Source: a virus | DNA length: 64,000 bases | IMG/VR virus record: IMGVR_UViG_3300028844_005363 | Location: 1 to 64,000 of that record | Strand: one strand, 5' to 3' | Shown: positions 57,760 through 64,000 of the stretch, one piece after another | How positions within the stretch are numbered: the stretch's first letter is position 1 | How the letters are laid out: each line of letters starts with the position of its first letter | Translations under genes and position numbers: made by a program | The notes under the pieces: model-generated | Told to the model about the DNA's origin: nothing | The model's database searches: none | Seen by the model: only the letters and a program-made list of their open reading frames with translations

Positions 57760-57833
57760 TCAAAGTACTTTTACTAGGGGCGTACTCCGTACGCTCTTAT
57801 TCCCCTGTAATCTCAAATATAAGTAGATACATA

Positions 57834-58268
57834 ATGGATACATTAACTAAATTACAAGCAACCGCTAAGCGTATATTAGATTTTCCTGAAGACCTAAATT
57901 TGCACATGGCATCTTATGCATCAAAGCCTGTAAGTCAACTGGTAGATAACAAGCATGTTTGTGGTACTACATTTTGTGCTGTAGGGTTTTTAGCTCATTT
58001 AGATAGTTACCCTAAAGAGTACCGCACGGCTTGTACTGAGTTCAAATACGCTGCGTACTCTGAGGACTTAATCGGTGATCCACAAAATGCTTTTGATTTT
58101 TCAAACAACTGGCAATTTCTATTTTCTGAAAATTGGACAGACGACTTAGTTTTATTAAAGAAGCGAGCGGCATACGTACTTGAACATGATGACATACCTG
58201 ATACTGATGATTGGTATAAGTTCGATAACTTAAATGAGCAATCATTTCTTAATAAATGGAATACCTAA
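57834..58268 (+). CDS. Hypothetical protein, paralogue family B
   Basis: HVCGTTFCAVGFLA, WQFLF. Confidence 0.75.
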   Translation: MDTLTKLQATAKRILDFPEDLNLHMASYASKPVSQLVDNKHVCGTTFCAVGFLAHLDSYPKEYRTACTEFKYAAYSEDLIGDPQNAFDFSNNWQFLFSENWTDDLVLLKKRAAYVLEHDDIPDTDDWYKFDNLNEQSFLNKWNT

Positions 58269-58744
58269 CAATGGTTGCATTATCTAAATTTCAAGAAACA
58301 GCACAGCGCATACTTAATTTCCCAGAAACCTTCATACTTGATATGGGTACTTACTCATCTAGCCAAGACGATGACGTTACTAAAAGACGCGCTCATAATT
58401 GCGGTACGTCTTATTGTGCTGCCGGTTGGTTAGCTTATCAAGATGAATATCCTGAGCAATATCGTGAAGACGTTGCATGGTATCCACTAATTTTGTTTAG
58501 GCATGCTGAGTACTCTGCCGCCCTTATAGGTCATGAACAATTTGGCTTAGAGTGGACTTTCTTGTTTGGTGATTTCTGGTCAGATACATTTGAATCTCTT
58601 AAAAAGAGAGCGCATTACGTATTAAACCATAATGCTGTACCACCTAAAAACCAATGGTATCAGTACATGCGTACTCAAAATAAAGAAGTTTTTGAGTTTA
58701 ATTATATGAGTCAAATTAATCGCCTTTATTTAGGTAGTGAATAA
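58256..58744 (+). CDS. Hypothetical protein, paralogue family B
   Basis: HNCGTSYCAAGWLA, WTFLF. Confidence 0.75.
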   Translation: MEYLTMVALSKFQETAQRILNFPETFILDMGTYSSSQDDDVTKRRAHNCGTSYCAAGWLAYQDEYPEQYREDVAWYPLILFRHAEYSAALIGHEQFGLEWTFLFGDFWSDTFESLKKRAHYVLNHNAVPPKNQWYQYMRTQNKEVFEFNYMSQINRLYLGSE

Positions 58745-58757
58745 TTAAGGTAATTTT

Positions 58758-59003
58758 ATGTCAGTAACTATACAAAAAGTACCAAACAAAGTTCGTGTAG
58801 ATGCAGTAGACGCAGGTGAGGTTGTTATCTTTAACGAGCAAGCTTGGATTATTACTGAGGGTCATGGCGTAGGTCGTCACGAAGATTTAGTTTATGCAGT
58901 TAATTTGGATAACTTAAACAGCGCTTTACTTGAACCATTTGATTTAGTTCAACTAGCTTACTTTATTAAAAAAGAGTTAGTAGTAGCACCAAAAGGTATT
59001 TAA
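58758..59003 (+). CDS. Hypothetical protein
   Basis: SD AAGG. Confidence 0.65.
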   Translation: MSVTIQKVPNKVRVDAVDAGEVVIFNEQAWIITEGHGVGRHEDLVYAVNLDNLNSALLEPFDLVQLAYFIKKELVVAPKGI

Positions 59004-59164
59004 TTTGTGTTGTCCGTTGGAAATAAACCAAGCTGATAAAGACTTGGCTATTGTAAAGTATGGCTGTAACCAAGACGAGCTGTTTGAAGCTGAGAAGCTT
59101 TATTACCGCTCGTCTTATTCATGGCTTACATGCGCAAAAATTATCACTAAAAAGAGAGTACAGA

Positions 59165-59707
59165 ATGGCTAGCGCTAGTACTGAATGGCAAGTTCGTTTT
59201 GATAAGCTCACCCCTGAAAAGAAAGCCATAGTAGCTCAACAGAAGTTACGTAATATAGGCTGTCTGTATATCCATAATATTGATGATGTAATCAATAAGC
59301 AGACCTTCTTTTTTAATATCAAAACCAAGCAAAGAATAAATGGCACTCCTGAGTTAGTACACCTAGTAACTAAATACCGCTTGTTGTGGGACATTGAATT
59401 AGTTGCCGTAGGTCGTGACAACAACAAGGAGACTTACATAAAGCATACAGGGTACGCATTTAAGACCCATGTGCTTCAATCAGAAATAGCAGAAGCATTA
59501 GGCAAGATACACTACAAATATTTCTTCACGCAGATACCAGCAAACCATAGAGTTAATATGGCTTGGATTGGTGCACCTAAGAACAACGTAGCGGCTATCA
59601 ACGATGATGCGTACATACGTGACCTTTTGTATAACTTCGGAGCTTTACGCTCTACAGGGCAATTAGATGAATCAAGAGACTACAGTAACCCACCAAGTGA
59701 TATGTGA
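59165..59707 (+). CDS. Hypothetical protein (start uncertain; 59060 possible)
   Basis: ORF track. Confidence 0.6.
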   Translation: MASASTEWQVRFDKLTPEKKAIVAQQKLRNIGCLYIHNIDDVINKQTFFFNIKTKQRINGTPELVHLVTKYRLLWDIELVAVGRDNNKETYIKHTGYAFKTHVLQSEIAEALGKIHYKYFFTQIPANHRVNMAWIGAPKNNVAAINDDAYIRDLLYNFGALRSTGQLDESRDYSNPPSDM

Positions 59708-60080
59708 TTACTGTGGTGAATTAGCTGAGGTAACTTCAGGTAAAGTTATTTACCCTAAGTTACCAAAACTATCTCACTTGGTTATCTACGCCTGTTTCCC
59801 TTGTGATGCTTATGTAGGTACTCACAAAAATAGTGGTACTCCACTAGGTAGACTGGCTGATAAGAAGCTCAGAACACTTAAAATGAAAACGCATGCTGCG
59901 TTTGATCCGCTGTGGAAAAGCGGCTATATGCACCGTACAGAAGCCTACAATTGGCTTGCTAAACGGATGGGTATTAAAAAGCACTGTTGCCACATAGGTA
60001 TGTTTAATGAGAGCCAATGCACTCAAGCAATATCTATGTCTAAGGCGATGGTCAAACAAATTAATTTGGATACAAAATGA
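59667..60080 (+). CDS. DUF3268-like zinc-finger protein
   Basis: CDYCG, CFPCDAYVGTH, PLGRLAD, HAAFDPLWKSG, AYNWLA, HIGMF. Confidence 0.85.
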   Translation: MNQETTVTHQVICDYCGELAEVTSGKVIYPKLPKLSHLVIYACFPCDAYVGTHKNSGTPLGRLADKKLRTLKMKTHAAFDPLWKSGYMHRTEAYNWLAKRMGIKKHCCHIGMFNESQCTQAISMSKAMVKQINLDTK

Positions 60081-60880
60081 AAAACACTCCAATTTCTAAA
60101 GTAGAACAAAGCCAAGATTTAACCTCTAAGTCGCTTAAAATAAGCAAACAGGTAATTCTTGAGCAGTACCATAAAGACACTATGGCTACTTACACTTCTC
60201 AGAATGAGGCAATGGCAAAGCTCAGTGCTTGCTTAGAAGCTCATAACTACGAAGACTTGCAGCAATTTAGTAATACACTTGATAAGTACATTACTGACCG
60301 TGCAAAGTTACTGGTATGTGATACGTCTGAAATGACTCGTCTGCGTAATTTACTAAATAAATTACTTGATTGTTCTCTGTTAAAAAATACAGACATGTTC
60401 GAGTTTCCTACACCAAGAACAGGTTTACCAACCAACCTTGTGCGTACGATAAACGATTCTAGCTATACAAATTTGATTAAAGAGTTTGTGTTAGTGGAAG
60501 GTACGGGTGCTTGTTACGTATACACGTACACTTATGAAGAACGTATTATTGTAGCTGCTGAACTGGAAGAGCGACAACTTGGTAACGATTATGTAGAAGA
60601 TTGTTTTAGTTCTTTTGAGTTGGAAGTAGCAATCCCTTCTTCATATGGTGCGGTAATTGCTAGCATTATTGAGTACTCAAAAATCTGTAAAGAACTTATT
60701 TACAAGCGCGAAACCATCACAACTAAAGTATCTAATATTGATACTCACCTTGAGAAACTTGAAGCGCAACTACTCGTTAAAGAACTTCAAGATGCTGGTA
60801 ACACAGAAGCTCTTGACACTATTCAAAGCATCATCCAATCAGCCACTGGCAACAATGAATTACTATTAGGAACTAAGTAA
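60077..60880 (+). CDS. Hypothetical coiled-coil protein
   Basis: ATGA overlap. Confidence 0.65.
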   Translation: MKNTPISKVEQSQDLTSKSLKISKQVILEQYHKDTMATYTSQNEAMAKLSACLEAHNYEDLQQFSNTLDKYITDRAKLLVCDTSEMTRLRNLLNKLLDCSLLKNTDMFEFPTPRTGLPTNLVRTINDSSYTNLIKEFVLVEGTGACYVYTYTYEERIIVAAELEERQLGNDYVEDCFSSFELEVAIPSSYGAVIASIIEYSKICKELIYKRETITTKVSNIDTHLEKLEAQLLVKELQDAGNTEALDTIQSIIQSATGNNELLLGTK

Positions 60881-61914
60881 TGGATTTAACATTTACACAA
60901 TTAACCAAAGTAGTCGGCGCAGTTATTGAAGGTCGTCGTGTACCAATGATCACCTCTAAACCAGGTGTAGGTAAGAGCGCAGTATTTCAATATCTTGCAA
61001 AGCTTTACAATTTATTCCCTATCGACATTCGTTTAACCACTTACGACACAGTTTCGTTAAATGGTTTTCCTTCTGTTGATGAATTAGCTAATCGTTCTAC
61101 ATTCGTGCCTATGGGTATCATTCCTATTGCTGGTCGTGATGCAATCCCTAAAGGTTACGATGGTTGGTTAGTCAACTTTGATGAATTACCTGACTGTACT
61201 CCTACCATGCAATCAGCAGCGTATAAGATAATCTTAGACCGCTTTGTTGGTGATCATAAAATACATGACAATGTGTTAATGATGGCTTGTGGTAATGGCG
61301 TAAACCATGGTGGTGCAGCACATCGTGTTACTGCTCCAATGAAGTCTCGTTTAGTACATTTCGGTATGGCAAGTCATGTTGTTGGTTGGATCAATTGGGC
61401 AATCCCTGCTGGTATTGATTACCGCATAGTTTCATTCTTACGTGAGCGCCCAGAGCTATTAAATAACTTTGACCCAGCGACAGTGAGTGGTGTTATTACA
61501 TTTGCTTGTGAGCGTACATACGAAATCCTGAGTGATGTTGCTGGTCCAATTGATGTATGGGATTCAGAAGTATTCCCTATCCTTGCCGGTGCTATTGGTG
61601 ACGCTGCAGCTACAGAGCTTTACAATTATGTGAATGTCTTTGCTCATTTACCGTCTATTGATGATGTTATTAAAAGTCCAACAAGTGCTGATATACCTAA
61701 TGAACCATCATCTAAATATGCAATGGTTGGTAAGCTAGTTGGCTTCATGGATAAAAATAACTTTAGCCAGTTCATGACTTACATAAATCGTTACCCTTCA
61801 GAGTACGCAATGAACTTTGCACGTAATGCTTTGCGTAAAGACCGTACTCTTAAGAATCATCCACAAATACAAAAGCTAGTATCACAATCTGCTATTAATT
61901 TTGACGTTATCTAG
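60880..61914 (+). CDS. MoxR-like AAA ATPase, N4 gp24-like
   Basis: SKPGVGKS, IDIRL, NFDEL, QSAAYKIILDR, SRLVH. Confidence 0.88.
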   Translation: MDLTFTQLTKVVGAVIEGRRVPMITSKPGVGKSAVFQYLAKLYNLFPIDIRLTTYDTVSLNGFPSVDELANRSTFVPMGIIPIAGRDAIPKGYDGWLVNFDELPDCTPTMQSAAYKIILDRFVGDHKIHDNVLMMACGNGVNHGGAAHRVTAPMKSRLVHFGMASHVVGWINWAIPAGIDYRIVSFLRERPELLNNFDPATVSGVITFACERTYEILSDVAGPIDVWDSEVFPILAGAIGDAAATELYNYVNVFAHLPSIDDVIKSPTSADIPNEPSSKYAMVGKLVGFMDKNNFSQFMTYINRYPSEYAMNFARNALRKDRTLKNHPQIQKLVSQSAINFDVI

Positions 61915-61925
61915 GTAGGTAATAT

Positions 61926-63029
61926 ATGAGTGATTTCGATAGAATGTTTGGTTCAGCTAAGTTAAATCTTGGTATGGATAAAAGAACAATGTTTTATTCA
62001 GCACTGCTACTTGGCATGAATCATATCTTTGATGTTCCTCATGTTTCCCGTGCTGCTACAGATGGTCCTAATCTTTATTTAAACAAAGAGTGGTTCGCAG
62101 GTATAACCCTACCAGAAGCCATTGGTGTAATAGCTCATGAAGTGAACCATGTACTTCAAGAACATTGCACCCGTGGTCTTGATTTGAATGATAAAATATT
62201 CAACTATGCTTGTGATTATCTAATTAATAATGAGTTAGACGATGCAGGTATTGAATTACCTGACCCTAAACTTATGGATCATAAGTATGATGGCTGGGAG
62301 TTACTAGCTATCTATGATGATCTCTTAAAAGACGAAGCTGATTTCCCTGAGATTACTTTGGACATATTGCCACCGGCATCAGGTACAGAGACTCAGATAA
62401 AGACTCAGATAGACATGATTATCTCACAAGCAGTTACCATTACAAAAATGGGTGGCGGCACAGTACCAGCAGTTGCAGAACGTTACATCGAAGAGCTAGC
62501 ACATCCTAAGATACAATGGGATCAAGCGCTAGCTGAGTTTGCTCAAGAGCTTGCTGCTAAAGATTACACTTGGGAAAGATTTAATCGCTCTTACTTTCCT
62601 AAATTTATATTACCTGGTATGGGTGGTAATAATATGGATGAGATTGCGTTTGCTTTGGACTCTAGTGGTTCAGTAAGTAACACAGAATTTAATTCATTCA
62701 GAGCAGCCATACAAAACTGTCGTGAAATAATGGAACCAACTAAGACAACTATAGTTGATTTCACCACGCAGATTAATAATGTATACGAATTGGATCAATT
62801 CGAAGAAATGCGTGATTTAACCTTTGATGGTTGGGGTGGTACTGACTTACACCCTGTAATCGAATTTTTTAAAGATAGAAATCCCACGGTATTAGTAGTG
62901 TTTAGTGATTTAGATTGCTGCCCTATAGAAATACCACCTGATTATCCTATAGTATGGGTCTGCATCAATGCACCGTATCAAACAGTTAATTTCGGTAAAC
63001 TAATACATTACTCTACACATGATTTGTAG
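61926..63029 (+). CDS. DUF2201-like metallopeptidase-vWA protein, N4 gp25-like
   Basis: AATDG, AHEVNH, NYACDYLIN, LDSSGS MIDAS motif, GGTD. Confidence 0.88.
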   Translation: MSDFDRMFGSAKLNLGMDKRTMFYSALLLGMNHIFDVPHVSRAATDGPNLYLNKEWFAGITLPEAIGVIAHEVNHVLQEHCTRGLDLNDKIFNYACDYLINNELDDAGIELPDPKLMDHKYDGWELLAIYDDLLKDEADFPEITLDILPPASGTETQIKTQIDMIISQAVTITKMGGGTVPAVAERYIEELAHPKIQWDQALAEFAQELAAKDYTWERFNRSYFPKFILPGMGGNNMDEIAFALDSSGSVSNTEFNSFRAAIQNCREIMEPTKTTIVDFTTQINNVYELDQFEEMRDLTFDGWGGTDLHPVIEFFKDRNPTVLVVFSDLDCCPIEIPPDYPIVWVCINAPYQTVNFGKLIHYSTHDL

Positions 63030-63061
63030 GGTAATCCCCTAACAAAGTACATGAGTAGTAA

Positions 63062-63283
63062 ATGAATATTGTAGACTTTAATAAAATATATGACGCAGAG
63101 TTTCTATGTGAAGCTCTGTTTAGTAATGCTTCAGACAAAACAGTAACAGGTATTGTATTAGCCGCGCCGGTCAAAGGCGTTAATGGTCGCTATACAGTGC
63201 ACATTGATTCTGTATCTCTAAGAATACCTTTAAACCGTATTCTAAAATTAACCAAATCATCTCGTAAATGGGATGACCTTTAA
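63062..63283 (+). CDS. Hypothetical protein
   Basis: ORF track. Confidence 0.55.
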   Translation: MNIVDFNKIYDAEFLCEALFSNASDKTVTGIVLAAPVKGVNGRYTVHIDSVSLRIPLNRILKLTKSSRKWDDL

Positions 63284-63295
63284 ATAGGAATTACT

Positions 63296-63709
63296 ATGAA
63301 AATTGGTCAAAAAGTAAAATTTAAAATAAGCACTAAAGTAGTACTTACAAAAATGGGTAGTGGGCTTAGTGAAGATGTCTTAGATGCTGACTATTTTGTA
63401 GTAGCATTTACACCAAACAATTTACTTGTTCTTTCAAAAGAACCATGTGATCAAGCAATTGATGTAAACACAGTACGTCTTGTACCTGACGGAGTTGTAG
63501 TTTCAGACTGCGCTGTTGAAATTGTAGAAACCAAGCGTGAAGAGTTCTACCGCATTTTAGGTGTTCAAGTAAACGACTATGATAAGCCTACATTTCTGGC
63601 TGCTGAAAAAACCATAGAGCTAGTTAATGACGTTATGTGTCGTGACCCTGGTCTTGGTATGCGCGTACTTCAGTTAGGTCGTGAGCTTGCTGCGGAGAGT
63701 GCCGAATAA
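63296..63709 (+). CDS. Hypothetical protein
   Basis: SD AGGA. Confidence 0.65.
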   Translation: MKIGQKVKFKISTKVVLTKMGSGLSEDVLDADYFVVAFTPNNLLVLSKEPCDQAIDVNTVRLVPDGVVVSDCAVEIVETKREEFYRILGVQVNDYDKPTFLAAEKTIELVNDVMCRDPGLGMRVLQLGRELAAESAE

Positions 63710-64000
63710 TGACTATTCGTGTAGAGATGATTCAAGCTAGTAAATGTGCTGTAACTGGTAAAGAAATCTTCACTTTAGCTCTTGAGTACCCTCGTCAAAT
63801 ACATGCACAACTACTGACACATGGTGTCTTTAGTAAAAATGGTAGTAGTTCACGCGCAGTACCAATTGGTGCAGCTATTGATCAAGTTCGTGATAACCCA
63901 TCTAAAGTAATTTGGACAGGTAAGCAATCAGGTATGCAAGGTCTTGACCTTCAAGGTGATTCTAAGTTACTTGATATGGCTGACTTGGTTCATGCATTGG
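63709..64000 (+). CDS. thyX: Flavin-dependent thymidylate synthase (3'-truncated by window)
   Basis: Translated by hand: MTIRVEMIQASK...LEYPRQIHAQLLTHGVFSKNGSSSRAVP...WTGKQSGMQG. Confidence 0.8.
   Translation, partial: MTIRVEMIQASKCAVTGKEIFTLALEYPRQIHAQLLTHGVFSKNGSSSRAVPIGAAIDQVRDNPSKVIWTGKQSGMQGLDLQGDSKLLDMADLVHAL

Overview
The window is about 64 kb of a low-GC N4-like (Schitoviridae-type) podophage genome; a marine gammaproteobacterial host is my inference. The assembly is circularly permuted. Order: late-middle replication genes on + (ClpX-like ATPase, nuclease, primase, Sak4-like ATPase, SSB, RuvC-like resolvase); the virion block on - (3689-aa cysteine-free virion RNA polymerase, ejection and structural proteins, major capsid, portal); a + strand island (MazG-like, dNMP kinase, M15 endolysin, lipase-like hydrolase); tail and receptor-binding genes, terminase and a likely anti-defence cluster on -; the probable genome end near 44.5-45.0 kb; early genes behind five GTGC-TNC-GCAC hairpin promoters; then gp2, the two-subunit RNAP II, dUTPase, the AAA/vWA pair and a partial ThyX. 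The strongest candidate for an undescribed system is at 1-970: a DIP1984/DUF6847-like helical protein gene followed directly by a ~385-nt ornate non-coding RNA. That RNA has a long closing stem, a complete circularly permuted tRNA-like domain and a 7-nt-periodic NNNNNAG array. Other notable items: a stand-alone CheY-like receiver gene coupled to a holin-like gene, a tandem four-domain candidate immune-signal sponge cluster, and a duplicated SGNH esterase receptor-binding module. All family calls come from motif recognition by eye; no database searches were run.
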